Positions 23,653 through 37,795 are shown, counted from the first letter of the stretch. The stretch: 64,000 nt of DNA from Callorhinchus milii (GCF_018977255.1 NW_024704742.1:4652001-4716000); one strand, 5' to 3'. Program-made: numbers and translations. Notes: generated by a model not told the origin, from the letters alone.

Positions 23653-26600
23653 ATGACCTCTTGTGCTGTAAGATACAATAACGACCGCTCTCAAACTCAG
23701 TAAACGAGTGTATAATCTTGGCGTTCATTTTAATTCTCCATCCTTCCTTTTTTTTACGTTCCTGACTTTAAGACCCCTTTTATTCTCCTTTGCCACATTG
23801 CCCGCCTCCCTCCCTTTCTCACACAAAATGCTGTCAAAATCCTCATCGTGCCCTTATTACCTCCTCACTCAATATCTCAAACACTCATCCTTTTGCACCA
23901 TCACACCAGGTCCAGCTCATTACAAATCGCTTGGATCCGCATCCACACCAAACTCTGCATTCCCATTGCCATAGTTGTCACCAGACTGCTCTGTCTTCCA
24001 AAGATTTGAAAACCCTCGCTCTCGCCTATAAATTCTTTCATGCGGTAGCACCTCCGTATCGTGCCTTCCTTGTATTTCATACAGCGCCTTATCACATTAT
24101 CGAGATGTCTCAAAAGTGCTTCACAGGAAACACTGTAAAGTGCAGTGAGAGTATGTTGAGGGGGCGAAACGTGACAGCGAATTTGCACACAGCAGCGTCC
24201 GACAAACAGCCATGGAGTGAGTGACCAGTTTTATTTGCGGGATTTGTGCACCAGGACACCAGGAGAAACTCCTCATTCAAAATGCTGTGAAAATGCTTTT
24301 TTTTCTCCAAAAAGACGATCCAGTTTTTCAAGTTTTCGATCGCAGATTTAGTCTGTGAGTTGCTGTTTCATTTTTAAATAGAGGCACCATAACTCTCTGT
24401 AGGACTGTCCCAGACAATCACCACTGCGCTTTCCAGCCACTGTCAGCAGCTGCCTTTAAAATTTACACTGAGTGACATAGCCTCCCCAACAACTGACTCT
24501 CATGACGCTTTTCCTCACCATCTTCCATTGATGTGATTTTTACCAAGTGATAAGCCTCTCCAGACGCTGCAGAGGGCTCACTGACGTTCTTTGCAGCAGA
24601 GTGGTGAATTATTTGAAACAGGTTTGGATTGATGCTTGAAAATGGGCTGTGGAGAGTGGTGAGGGTGAGGCGGCTCGTGGAGAAACGCAATGGGCACAGG
24701 CGTGGGGGCTCAATGGCCTGTTTCTGCCCACGGACTTTGCAGGTGATTCTGGTTACAGGAATATTGAAGCTCGATTCTTCTTGGGGAACTAGTCTGGCAA
24801 AGAAACAGTCCTTCGTATCTACGTCCCAGGGAGAATCGATGTTGGGATTGCTGCCAGGACCACTTCCATAAAGATAAGCTGGTGAACACGTGTGGTGTGT
24901 TGGCCTGGGCGGCTGGAATCAAAACGATGGCGGGGAGATCTCCAGGCCTAACAGCTTGTTCTCGCTTCAGTTGCAAGTAGCTCCATCCCGTGGATTTGGC
25001 TTCTGGTAAATCCAGAATTGTAACTACCCTTCTTTTGGATGCTTTTGGAGCAATTTGCTGTGCATTTTGAGCGTTTACGTGCTTTTTATATGGATGAGAG
25101 AGTTTTGAAAGTTCATTTTGTTTTTTGTGAACATTACTTTGGGTTAAACAATCAGAAAATTTAAGGAGCCATAGTAGAAGCCAAAAGGAGAAATCCCTCT
25201 ACTCACTGTAGAGACCATTGTTGAAGCAGAGTGGATGATTTTTTAAAAAAAAGATTTGGATCGATGTTTGAAAAGCAGTATTAATGGGTGTGGGGAATGA
25301 TGAGCTGGGTCATGTGGCGAACAGCACAGAAGCGTTGACTGAATGGCCTGTTTCTGTGCTCGAATATGTTATGGATCAGGCAGTGACGATGTAGACTTGC
25401 AAGCGAGAGTTTCTCTTAAGGTCATCTGTAAGGCAGCAACTGGTAGCAATTTGCTCGGTCTTAAAGTCATATCTTGAGAACTAAAGTTGATGGACCTGCT
25501 GTCTGGCCGATGGATAAACCTCATTTGTGTGAAATTTTGGACTACGACTATTTATACGAAAGTGGAACAAATGAGGACAAATAATAAATGACTTAAAGCA
25601 GGAAGAGTCTTTCTCGATTCTTTGAAAATCACAGAACTTCTTTCACGCTAAATACCCTCCTCACCCTAACTGTGTTTTTCGATCTAACCTGGTGTGGCTT
25701 CCAGTCACGCTTAATATTTATTTATCTTAATACTGCTTTCTGTTGGGTAGAGAACCATGTTCATTCACCTGCATTTCTGGATTGAAGCCTTTCTATAAGA
25801 ATGTTTTGATGAATGTATTCTACATGCCCAATGATTGTGAAGCTGGGGTATAGTTCTATGCCCACCAGAAGCATTGAGAGCATTTGTAGTGTCCAAACAG
25901 ATCTGCAAAGGCAGATTTGTTATCATCATTAGCAAACTCAGCACAGACTTGGAATCGAACGTGAGATCTATTGTGTTTAGCTCAGCGTTAGAGTGGGCGG
26001 TGTTTTAACCACTGAGGCGTCAGTAGTGCCTGAGAAACTGATTTTTAATAAAGTTGTGCTTTTCGGTTTGGTTGATGTAAAAGAGATCCCAACGAAACGG
26101 ATGTAGATGTGCGCAAAGTAGTCCCAATTGCGATGGTAGTGCGATAGTTAAATAACAGGGCACTGTAGATGTAAGTTGTTTTTCTCAATATGTTGATAGG
26201 GTTGAAATATGTTTTCCCCACTATAGTACTAAAAGTCATTCTCGGACACAATCAATTGTGAGGGAGCTGACCTTTCAAGTAAAATTGAGGAACGTGCAAT
26301 ATTCATGCCCTGCCCTCTGTTGTCTGACTCTGGAATGTAATTCTGCGATTGGCATAAATCCAGTCTGAGGTCAGCAGAACGAAAAAAATACTGCCTTCTG
26401 CAAATTGACCTCCAGCGCAGAAATGTTAATATTTTCAAAACAGATGGGATCAGAAAGGTGTTTTTTTTTTCATCCGCTTCTGAATATGTTGTGAAATAAT
26501 TCATTGAAAACTGAAGGGTATTCGGCTTTGAGATCACTGCTTGAGACCACATTGTGGGAAGTATGGAGAGAGATACAAGAGCTTTTTTTTAAAAAAAAAG

Positions 26601-26860
26601 CAATTTTGCCAGACGACAGAAATCCGATTACTAGAGACAGTGTTGCAGTGATGGGCGGTAGTGTTGTTGCCTTTGCACATGTCTTTCCATCATCCTATGT
26701 TTCTAAGCAAGGATTCAATAAACATCCTGAAGGAAAAATGTTGATAGGAGTCGGAAAGCTAAAGTTAACAGCAAGGGCACTGCATCACTTTACTTTGTAC
26801 AACAGCATTGGCCTTAGTCCATTTGTTTGTGATTGTAGGAAGATTTTATCAATATAATAT

Positions 26861-27110
26861 TAATAATCCTTGTATTTGATATAGCGCCTTATCATGTCAT
26901 TGAGACCTCTCAAAGCGCTTCACAGAATATAGTGTAAAGGGTAGTGACTGTATTTTGTGGGCAAAACGAAGCAACCAATTGTGCACTGCAGTGTCTCACA
27001 AACAGTCGTGGATTAAGTGATCAATTTCTTTTTAAGGGATTATTACCCCCAGAAAGCGATTCGCCAGTCGACTTAACAACCAATCCTATATACTGCTAGG
27101 TAAACAGAAA
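26861..27110 (-). mobile_element. SINE, long subfamily, 5'-truncated
   Basis: Reverse complement of the 5830-6095-type sequence. Confidence 0.85.
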
Positions 27111-27529
27111 TCCATTACTTATTCATTTGAAATAGGTGCCAAAGTAGGGCAGGAAGAAGGAAGTATAATAATTAATATTTTTATGTTGAATTTTTTTATT
27201 ATGATAGACAAAGCAATTAAATCTTCATTGGGGTCCAATTGTGCTATTCTTAACAGAATTCTGAATAAGAAATTGTAATTATTGAACTTCTAAATCACCC
27301 AAAATGCTAAAAAAAAATCAAATTTCTAAAACATGGAATGTGCTTAAGAGTCTTTTTATATATTATACATATAAGGATACATGCATATACGTACTTGAAA
27401 CCGTGTATTTACATATATACATGTAAACATAATACATTATTAACAAGTGAGCCCAGGTTTGAATGCACCAGCAGTTTCCAGGCTCACTTGTGAGAAAGCT
27501 ACACATGGACCTCAAGAGTAGAGATAATA

Positions 27530-27777
27530 GGGGTAAATTTTCAATTACTGTAGTGTTACCATCTTATTTTACACTGCCAGCAACGCTGCCGGTTTTCATC
27601 CTCAATCAACGCGTTGGGAGTGGTTGTCCACCTGCCAATTTGTGTGGGGAGTCACATTAACTGCACAGCTTCAAAGTGCACCAAATGTATCAGCGGCGGA
27701 GGATCTTCAGTGCTGTTGATTGGAACGGTGGTGATGGCAGCATTGTTAACGGTGTAAAACGGCGTGGAAAAATTACA
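27530..27777. mobile_element. Palindromic MITE-like element, possibly PIF/Harbinger type
   Basis: Inverted arms ttttacactgccagcaacgctgcc (27567-27590) / ggcagcattgttaacggtgtaaaa (27736-27759); outer ggggtaaattttc / gaaaaattac. Confidence 0.6.
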
Positions 27778-28377
27778 GCGCTCGGTTCGGAGCTCAGGCA
27801 ACATTATTTTATCAAAAGATGTGTTGTTTTATTTTCTTTGGAACAAACTGGGAAACAATAGGTTCCATACATTCCTCGCTATTGATGGTGCAAATTTGTT
27901 CAGTTGCGAAGTGAATTGGTTTCTATTGCTTCCACTGAAAGCCCTAACTTGTCCTGAGGTGCAGCTCCGTTCTGTGTGAATCTGAAATGAATGTTGACAG
28001 GATATTAGGTTGTAGGGGATATCACAGCTGTGTCTGATCCTTTTCTCTGTCTGTCGTCTGTGCAAGGGCATTTTCCAGCAAAGCTCATTGAAGGGTAATC
28101 TCAAGTTACAAATCTGGTTTATTCCCCCTTATCCCCTTTTGGTACTGCATTCCTGGAAATATGTTGTAATTATGTGGCGGTAAGTTAAGGTATGTGATAA
28201 TGCACTGTAAATAATGACATTTGAGAGTGCAAGGAGCAAATGTGTTGTGGTTTTCGTAGCTTTTTCTTATTGAGCAGCCTGTAGACCTGATGAAATTGGG
28301 CTTGGACTTCTAGAAGATCAAGGTGACCCGTTTAGGTCCTCCACTACGTTGAAAATAATATCCATGAAATAACTGAT

Positions 28378-28635
28378 GATAATAATAATAATAATCCTTG
28401 CATTTGACATAGCGCCTTATCATGTCATCGAGACATCTCAAAGCGCTTCACAGAATACACTGTAAAGTGAATCAACTGTGTATTTTGTGGGCGAAATGCG
28501 GCAGCCAAGTGGGTACATCTGTGAAAGAGAAAGAACTGTCTTGCTCCCTCCCTCTTGGCGAAGTCATCCGCAGACTCGGGGTAAACTTCCACATGTATGC
28601 AGATGACACTCAAATCTACTTCTCCTCCTCCTCCA
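28378..28635. mobile_element. Minus-strand SINE tail abutting a plus-strand L2 RT fragment
   Basis: 28378-28510 SINE tail; 28545-28635 LPLGEVIRRLGVNFHMYADDTQIY. Confidence 0.85.
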
Positions 28636-28694
28636 GCTTAAAACCTTAACAAACCTTAAAAAAAAACCTTAATGAAACCTTAATCCTTGATTCC

Positions 28695-29215
28695 ATTCTT
28701 GTAAATCTCCTCTGTACCCCTTCCAAGGTTTTTAGATCCTTCTGTATATGAAGTGCTCACAACTGAACTTAGTACTCCAGCTGCATCCTTGATTAGCATT
28801 ATTTATTGCTTTGCTTTTGTACTCTCTCCCCTGATGTAACAAACTGAGAATATTATTCTTTTTCGCAGCCCACCTGTGCTGCTTCTTTCAAAAACCTATG
28901 TACCTGCACTTCCAAATCCCTTTCCTCCTCTTGCTCCTTGCAAGGTACTGCCATTCAATAAATTCTCCCGAATCGTCTCACATTTTGCTTCATTAAACTT
29001 CAACTGCGAGCTGATCTGTCAATTGGACTAATTTATTTAAGTCCTCCAGAGGTCTCATGCAGCTCTCCTCACTATTCACTATACCTTCTAGCTTGGTATC
29101 ATCCACAAACATTGATACAATATCCCCCCGAGTCAAGGTTATTAATATACTGTATATGGAAAAAGATATTTTTGATATCATCCTCAGGAACAAACACTGC
29201 ACATAGATCCACTAT
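28695..29215 (-). mobile_element. CR1 RT fragment
   Basis: Minus-strand SMFVDDTKLEGIVNSEE (ORF 28993..29202). Confidence 0.85.
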
Positions 29216-29663
29216 CCTTTCTTCCAGTATTCCAGCTGTGGCTTAATCGATATCTTACACAAATTGATCATCACTTCTTTTTGTATTCAATGGCTCTGTA
29301 AAACCCAGAACTCTTATTGCCGATCTAACAGCCTTCTCTATTTAACAAACTATATATTTATACCCCTATTTCGCTACTCCATTGAGAATGTTGCTCTCCA
29401 TTCAGGGTATAATTCTGCTCTCTATTATTTTTACTTTTTTCCCTGCACTCTTTGTTATAAAGTCTCCTGCACATTGTTTTTTTTCCAAAAAAAAGCCACA
29501 TTGACGAGAGATTTGTTTAATTCCATGTATTTTTCTTTGCAACATCTGTGAAATATTTTCTAGAACCTACTTGCGTGCAACATTTCATTACTTCTGCACA
29601 TGGCGAAGTGATTGCAACACTGAGAATTGATTCCAACTCTGGTAAACTTAAATCATAAAATAA

Positions 29664-30417
29664 AGAGCTGTGGGCAGGCAGGTGGTGCCAACGCTCTCAC
29701 TCATTTCATGCTGAGCTGTGTTCACCAAGAAGCTCGGAAGGGAAGTCCTGGTACCTATCATCCACCGAGTGAGGGCTCAAACCCACACTTTGTCAGTTGA
29801 ATGTCAAATAACCAACGAGTGGAGAGGTATGTGGGGCCTCCTTAGCCCTGAACTGACTCCAAGGTGACATATTTGGTAACAGACTGTCAGAATCGAGCCA
29901 GCCTTCTGCGAGGATTTCAGTAATCCAGTTATTGAGCAAGGCAGGTCCGCAGTATTCCAGGGGCACTGATGAGGACAGCACAGCGAGGCTGGCTCATCAG
30001 CAGGACTCGGAAGGACGGATCGGTCAGTACGGCAAGGAGTCATCCCACTCAGGTCCTGTTAACCCTACAAGCCAAAGCTCTAATGGACAGGGTGGTCCTA
30101 GCTGCACAAGCGGTGGGAAAGCTCGCCAGACAGTGCTTTCAATGGCAAGCTATGCGGTTTTAGCTGGTTAGACTGCAGCAGTTACCCCAACACCCACTCT
30201 GGGGTCCCCAAGCCTTGGCTCTTGCCAACCAATGCCCAATACTCTCTGGAATTAGGTAATCAGGATGTGTCTCTTCAGGGAGAGAGAGCGCATTGCATTC
30301 CAACAATCTATCTCTGGGATTTCCATGTGTGGGTGGGATGCATGTTTGTTTTGTTTTGGATCCTATTAAGCATAGTGATGGGTTTCTGCGTGTGTAAGAC
30401 ACCCGGCTGACCAAAAA
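29664..30417 (+). repeat. Longest copy of an unclassified interspersed repeat ending ...GACACCCGGCTGACC-AAAA
   Basis: Homologous to 1345-1582(+), 9227-9325, 9498-9540, 9587-9640, 46972-47296 and 54238-54615 (all -). Confidence 0.85.
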
Positions 30418-30694
30418 GCAACTGATTGTATAGTAGATTTTATGATTGGTGTAGTCTATTGAAGCCTATTCAGATTATCAAAACTATCTAGAACATTTCC
30501 ACAGTACAAAAACAGTTACATAACTCAGGTAAATACAGCTGCTTTATTGTGTCTGTCAGGAGGTTCGTATTGTTCAATTGCCAAGTGCCTATAAATGTAT
30601 TGTGATCTCCGTTCATGTCAGTTTGCATCACAGAAGTCTTGTCTGTTGAATTGTTTATTGCATAATGGTTTATTGCATTAAGGTTCTGTGCAAA

Positions 30695-31045
30695 TGGAGA
30701 AGGTACATGGGAGATTCACTGTAGTGATACCAGGGATAGTTATTGTTGTATGGAGAGCTATGAAAATCAGGACCACTTCTGCTTGGGCAGAGATGGTTGA
30801 GGAGGGGATCAAATAGAGGTCTTCAAAATTATGAATTGTTTTGATAGGGTAAGTACAGAGATAGGCTGTTTCTAATGATCAACAAATCAGCGATAAGAGG
30901 GCATGAATTCTGGATTATCATTAGGAGTAAAGGGAGGTTAGAAGAATGTGAAGTGGAACAGGGAGCTAGATAATTATTTGAAGAAGAATAATATTAAAGA
31001 TATTATAAGGAAGGAGCAGCACAATGGGATCAGGGCAGATAGCCG
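30695..31045 (+). mobile_element. CR1 3' fragment
   Basis: atagaggtcttcaaaattatg...gatagggtaag homology. Confidence 0.78.
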
Positions 31046-31604
31046 CAGAGGCGAACACTAGCCCACTGGAAGAGGTAGACGGGCCCTCGGTTTTAACATC
31101 TCATTCTGTCTGCTGTAAATGTTTTGTGATCTATGAAATGATTGTCTTACTGTACAGTACTCACGCCTGAGAGTCAGTTTTAGACCAGGTCTGAGAGAAT
31201 GAGCACGAGAAGAAACACCAACACGTTTGATTTTCATCATGGTAAGAGTGAAATTCCTCCCGCGGTAAACGTAGTGACTATAGGAGGTTGTTCGTTCATA
31301 ACAAGAAAATCCTATTATGAATAACCATCAACAAAGTTGCTAAACTTAGTGGCAAGAGGAATTTCTCATCCGTGTGTCTTTGTACCACAACATGAATCAA
31401 TATTTGCCTCGACAGTTCTATGCAATATCAGTTTCACGTCTTCCAGCTTTAAATATCTCTTGATTACATTTAAGAGCGAGTTCCAAAACTGCAGAGCAAC
31501 CCCGTTTATACTTTTGTTATTTCTTGCCAATTCCTTGTGAAATTCATCAGTTTCTCATTTACATGTGGATGGAATAAAACGTTAAAGCCAACTACGTGCT
31601 TTCC

Positions 31605-32170
31605 ATCTTTGTGCTTGAGTGACATCATCCGCAGACATGGGGTCAACTTCCACATGTATGCGGATGACACCCAACTCTATCTCTCTGCCTGCACCCTTGA
31701 CTCCAGGACCACTGTCGTCCTCAAGGAAGGTCTTGTCAGACGTCAAGTCCTGGATGAGAGCTAACTTTCTGCAGTTCAAGGTCAACAAGATCGAGGCTCT
31801 CCTGATTGGTTCCTGTCAGCGCCTCCATACCTCAGGCGCTGACAGCATCACCATCCAGGTGTGCACACTCCACCTCACTGAGCAAGTCAGGAACCTTGGC
31901 GTCTTGTTGGACCCTCAACTATCCTTCTACCCCACATCCGTGCCATGACCCACTCTGCCTTCCCCCACCTCCGCAACATCGCCCGTCTCCACCACTTGGA
32001 TTTATATAGCACCCTCCACGCTTACTTGCTCCCCTCTACCTCTGCAACCTCCTATCCACCTGCCAGCCTCCCTCCGCTCAGTGGGCTCAGTGCTTCACAT
32101 CCCCCAGCTTCGCCCGTTCTTCAGCCACTCTGTCCCCACACCCTAGAACTCCATCCCGCAGTCCCTCTGC
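31605..32170 (+). mobile_element. L2 LINE reverse-transcriptase fragment, frameshifted
   Basis: IIRRHGVNFHMYADDTQLYLS; DVKSWMRANFLQFKVNKIE; VRNLGVLLD. Confidence 0.92.
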
Positions 32171-33339
32171 CTCACCTAAACACTAAATTTTGTTGTTATA
32201 TTTCTATGTTTCTAAACTGACAAAGAAAGCTAACATCATCAACTTGAATGTAAACAAGACCAGTGACTTTCAGTGATTATTACTTGGAACAGTGAATATC
32301 ATTTGTACACGATACAAGTATGAAGAGTTAGATGCTACAGTTAGTTATCTCTTTTTCTAAACGCTATAAGACCTAGCGTACGTGAAGAGCGCTATATAAA
32401 TGCCAATTGTTGTTGTTGTTTCAATACTGTTTTAATCACATGAGTGCTTGTTTTTGAAGCGTGTCAAGAATGGACTTGTAATAGCTAATCCGCTATCGAA
32501 AGATATTGTACTAAACTGCACGAAAACCTCTTTAAAATATCAAATGAAAGATGGATTACGGTTGGATAGATGGAAAGTTGTAGTACAAAAACTATATAAC
32601 ATTAAAAACCCTTGCATTTGATATATTGAGATGAGACGTCTCAAAGCGCTTCACAGAATATACTATAAAGTGAATAGACTGTGCATTTTGTGGGTGAAGC
32701 ACAGCAGCCAAATTGCGCACTGCATCTTTATGCTTCGACTATATTTATTGCTTTCAGTGCAGAGCTCTGAAAGTTTATTCTGTAAATATTTCAGCTTTTG
32801 TGAACCTTTTTAGGAAGTAGGGAAGTATAGATATGTACGCCCTATTATCCAACAAGAGTTTACTGTTTCCCTAAGCTTCTGTGTCTTCATGCTTTATAGT
32901 TTATGAAATTTCATAGTTTCCCTTTTGATTTTGATTGTCCCTTTTGTACTTTTGATGTTAATGAGGAACTATTCTGATAGCCAGTGTTCATTATTCTAAA
33001 ACAACTGTTTTAATTGAAGGCCCAGTGGGAAAGGGTAGTTCATTGTTGGGGAAACGAATAGGTTGACGTGAGAATGTGAGTTCTATGTTCCTGTCTTCAC
33101 TTTTGATTTATCTGTTAAAATATGTGAGACAGCACCCTCTGTAGAAAAAAAAAGTTGTAAGAATAATTAGAATCCAAAATGTTCAACACTAAGCACATCT
33201 CTGTCTGCCGAATACTTGTTGAATATTTTGTATTTGATCTAACACCTTTCATCTCCTCCAATCCAGTCCTCTCCCTCAATAGTTTTGGAAAGAATGGATC
33301 TTTTTAAAAAAAAATCTTTCAGATCAGTTTTAATAATGA

Positions 33340-34250
33340 GCTCTCTCTGTCTCCTCATCCTTCTTGATCTCTCCGCTGGTTTCGACACACTCGGGCACTT
33401 TATTTTTCTCTTATTGCATTTCCTCTCAGCTCCACCTTCATGGTTGTTTCCTTGCCTGGTCGTGTGCTTACCTTTCTCATCCCAGCCGTTGTATCCATCA
33501 ACAGCTTCTCCTCCAGCCCTCGCACCATCAGGTGTGGCATTCTCCAGGGCTCTGCCCTTGGTCTTCACTTTAATATTTTCATGCTCCCACTCGATAATAC
33601 CATCTGCAAGCATGGGGTTAACTTCCACATGTATGCAGATGAAACCCAACTCTATCTCTCTGCCTCCACCCTCGACTCCAGGACCACTGCTGTCCTGACG
33701 GAATGTCTGTTAGCCATCAAGTCCTGGACGAGAGAGTTTTCTCCAGTTGAATGTTGACAAGACCGAGGACTGTTCATGGATGCACACTCCACCTCACTGA
33801 GCCAGGACAGAAACTTGGTGTCTTGTTTGACCCTCAACTATCTTTTAAATCCCACATTGGTGCCATGACCTGTTCTGTCTTCCCCCACCTCCAAAACAAT
33901 GCCCACCCATGCCTCAACCTCTCCCCTCGGGCTTTATTCATTATATCCAGGCTTGACTACGCTAACTCCTTGCTTGTTTGACTTCCCAACTCTTTCTGGC
34001 CTCCCAATCCCCCAGAGGATCGAGTTCAAGATCTTCAGACACGAGCCGGCTCCGTATCCCCTACCCTGCCGCTCCACCATCAGCAGTTGGGCCATCAGTC
34101 TGTCTGCCCCCACCCTCTGAAACTCTATCCCTGAACCCCTCCGCCTCACCCCCTCCTTTGTCCCCTTCAAGATCCATCTCAAGATCTTCCTCTTCAACCA
34201 TGCCTTCGGTCATCTTCCCACCCCGGCCCCTTGCCCTCCACCCCTCTTGA
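33340..34250 (+). mobile_element. L2 LINE RT/C-terminal fragment, decayed
   Basis: LILLDLSAGFDTL, GILQGSALG, YADETQLY, SRLDYANSLL, LPIPQRIEFKI. Confidence 0.92.
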
Positions 34251-37200
34251 ATCGAATTCCCAGCTCAGATGCAAACTATTATTAAATTGTCCACTCTTAA
34301 TTTGAAATCCGCGTTTCCACAATTCTTTGAAAAAAGACTGTACGTTAAGACTGAAGTTACGAATTTTCCACAGTTTTTGACACTCTTAAATTTTAAGACT
34401 GAATAGGCTAATATTATAAATATAAATAGGCTTTATAGGCTAAAACCAGTGGAAATGTCAGGCCCCAGATTGCAGCACGTTAGCACTGAAGTGGCACTTT
34501 CGCAGTGTCATAACGCAGCATATCTAAATTGGAGGTGTTGAATTCCTGTCACCATTTTCCTTTACGCCCACCACATAAACGTATCTTCAGTTTCCACTGT
34601 ATATCAGTGTGCATGCTCCCTACCGGGTTTAGATTCCGTTTTAAAATGTACATTGAAAATAGCAGTTATCCAACATTCAAGACTCTTATTGAATTTGCGA
34701 TGCAGTCATTATGTTACTCGACTGTTAAGAGAGTTCTGGTTGACGGGAACTCAATCTCATTTTTCTTGTTTTCTGGATTTAATTGTGATTGGCTGGAAAG
34801 ATTTTCCAGGTGGTGGAAAGCAGTGGATTTACTACCTTTGGCAAACCCCCTTCTGTTATATTTATGTCCCTTATGATTGGGAACATTAAAATGTCAAATA
34901 TCCATCCAAGCTTTGCAGGGTTAATTTTCCTGATTGTTGCTTAATTGCACCGGGTGATTTGTGTGCACAGTGGGTAAAACGCAGAGATCGATTTTTACTT
35001 TTATGTTTTTCTTTACTGGGTCCTGTTGCCAATAGCATAGGAATCCACCTCTGATTGTTGAAGGGTAAGTATAAAAGCGATTCCAGAGATGAGAGAGTGG
35101 CTTCCAACTGCTCTGTGCTCTTATATCAGAAGCAGCAAAAAAAAAACAGAATGGGAAATTGGTATTCTTCTCTTTTGCGATCCTTATGTTGCTTTCTTTT
35201 GATATTAGTTCCGCACTGTAGTTTGAATAGGCTTAAGAGATTGTGCTATTACTGATAATTACATGCCCTAAACGGGAAAATCTAGTCCTGTGTCTTCAGA
35301 AACATTTAAATAGAACTGTTATGGGATGCCTTAAAAAGTTCAAGTACAATTCAAATCTCGTAGCCATAAATTAACGTATTAAAGTAAAATGTTAGACGAT
35401 TTCTGCAAGAAAATTTGAATGTTAAATCAAGATATTCTTAAGCTATGCCTTTTAAACGTTCGCGTTCGAAATAAACCGCTAAATGGTATTTTCTGCTGTC
35501 AAATCAGTCTCTTCTGTCAGCAACTAATCCGGAGGTATACTGGTTCAGCAGCTTTTATTTCAAACCCTGTTGTTCAGTGGCATGAACATTTGCCACTAAT
35601 GTCAGAGATGCTCAGCAGCAGAGAAATCCAGCCATACAGTGAAAGTGACTTAATCAGGGCAGTGCTTGGGAATAACATTCAGTAGATTGACTGCACGTGA
35701 ACAGATTTTGCTTGCCACAGGGAAATTATATTAACTTTTATTTCCTAGTTAGTATTGGAGGCAAAAACTGTAAATTTAACTTTAAATTTAAAAAGCCTAC
35801 ATGCCGGATACGTTTTTTTATAGTAATTTTCATATTTTCTGTTACTTTTTAAATTTTCTGCAAAATGTTCGATAGGATTTTTTTGAAAACCACAGCATTT
35901 ATATTGTAGGCGGTTTTACCGTTCCGTAATAATCCTTGCGTTTTGTGTGGTGCCTTTCGCATTGGAGGATGTCTCGTAGCGCTTCACGGGATTTACTGTG
36001 AGGTGTAGTGACTATATTTTGTGGGCGAACGAACGCGGCAGCCAAATTGCACGCAGCTTTGACCCGCAAACAGCCAGGAATTGATGACCAAGACATCGAG
36101 AGAAACTCTAGGAGATGGCCAGGACACTGTAGAAACTCCCTTCTCTTATTAAATAGTGCCATGGGTGAATGTCCATTAGAATAGGCATGCTGGACATTAG
36201 TTTAACTTCTCATCTGAAAGATGGCATCTCCAACAATCCCCCACCACTGTGTTGAAAAGTCTACCGGGGCTGTGAGTTCTTTACCACCAATGAATCAAGG
36301 CTACTTGTGATTCAAAGTCCTATTTACAGCATGACTGCATAATTGTTCTTTCACTTCTATTATGAAGCATTCAGGTTGGCATTGAGCTGATGAATATTGC
36401 CTGTCTGTGATAATTAACAGTCCAAAGTGAACAGAGTTTTGATAGTTGCTGTCTGGTTCTTTTGCCTTATTTGCCTTATTTGAACTGCAGCGTTATGTTG
36501 GTTTGATGCTGTTTTCATATTGAACCTACGCTATAATTGAAGCTGTAGGGGATATTCATTTGATTCTGATTTCATTCCTGATGAATTTGCCTTAGTATGT
36601 GAGTTCATGAATCAAATTGATGCTGTTTGGCTTTCAGAGAATTCCTCCTTTGAACTAAGAGGTAATTAAGCAGTCTCCTTGTAATACGTTTCAAACAATT
36701 GTCTTTGAATGCGGGGTCTAAGCTGCAAAACACTTGGAAAATATTACTGGATAAAAAGAGCCAACATATTTCTTTTCCCAACACTTTTTCTCTGATTGCT
36801 GAGATTCAAAATGTCGTAGAGAGAAAATTAGGTTTGCTTTGTTGTTTTTTTTTAAAAAGATGGCATGACAGCAGATGGAGACAACTGTAATAATTAAAGA
36901 CTGAAAGTATGAAAATAGGATTAGACAACAGTTTTAGCACAGCCTAATGCATGCTCCAGAAATCACAGCTCATCAAGGGATGTTTGGCTCTGTAGAACAG
37001 ATTGAGTTGACAGTGATGTGATGACAGTGTCTGGGAAACAGTTTCACAGGGAGCAGAGGTCTTGTTGGAAACGTTGGCACTGGCTTTCTAGGTGAAATAA
37101 ACAGCGTTTGCAAGAGCACTATTTGAGGAGGCACGTAACATTGTGGTCCATCTTTCTGACTAGTTGTTAACTGGTCACATGAAGATTTTTTGTTATTGAG

Positions 37201-37532
37201 ATAGAGATGAATACTGTTGATTTTATCGTCGTTCTTCCTCATTTACAGGCATATTTGTACTTTTTTGGTTTGGGTTACCTTATTTAAAACAACGGCTGAT
37301 CGTTGTTTAGCTGCTGCAAAATAGACCTATTTGTTCTGAGTCCAGATAAAGTCTAGGTTTTCAGACAAGTAGTTATGACGCCAGTCTATGATGGTTGCAT
37401 GTTAACTGCTTTACTTGTGCTGATTTTTAAGTTCTTACACTTGTCATTTTCTCAGGCTTGCTTGCCTTCCATGGTCTCTAACTAACGTGGAACACTCTTT
37501 GTAGTGATCCTAAGAAATGTAGCGTCCTGCCT

Positions 37533-37795
37533 TAATAATAATAATAATAATAATAATCCTTGCATTTGATATAGCGCTTCTCACGTCGGGAGGACGTCCC
37601 AAAGCGCTTCACAGACCACACTGTAAAGTGAATTGACTGTATATTTGTGGGCGAACGCGGCAGCCAATTGCGCACAGCAATGTCCCACAAACAGTCGTAG
37701 ATTGAAAATGACCAATTTATTATTGTTTTTGGTTTTGGAGGGATTATTATTAGGCTCTGTGTGGAGTAAGGAAACTTGCCCAAGGTTTCGCCCTC
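37533..37795 (-). mobile_element. Young SINE copy, short subfamily
   Basis: About 6 differences in ~170 nt from the 56297 copy by manual comparison. Confidence 0.9.

Noticed and set aside
29966..30015. CTGATGAG as a hammerhead core
   Set aside because: No correctly placed stem II/GAAA; the motif pairs with its own reverse complement instead.
31236..31247. CATCATG|GTAAGA, an ATG plus phase-0 donor that could splice to exon A
   Set aside because: Sits next to CR1/SINE debris with no promoter or acceptor support.
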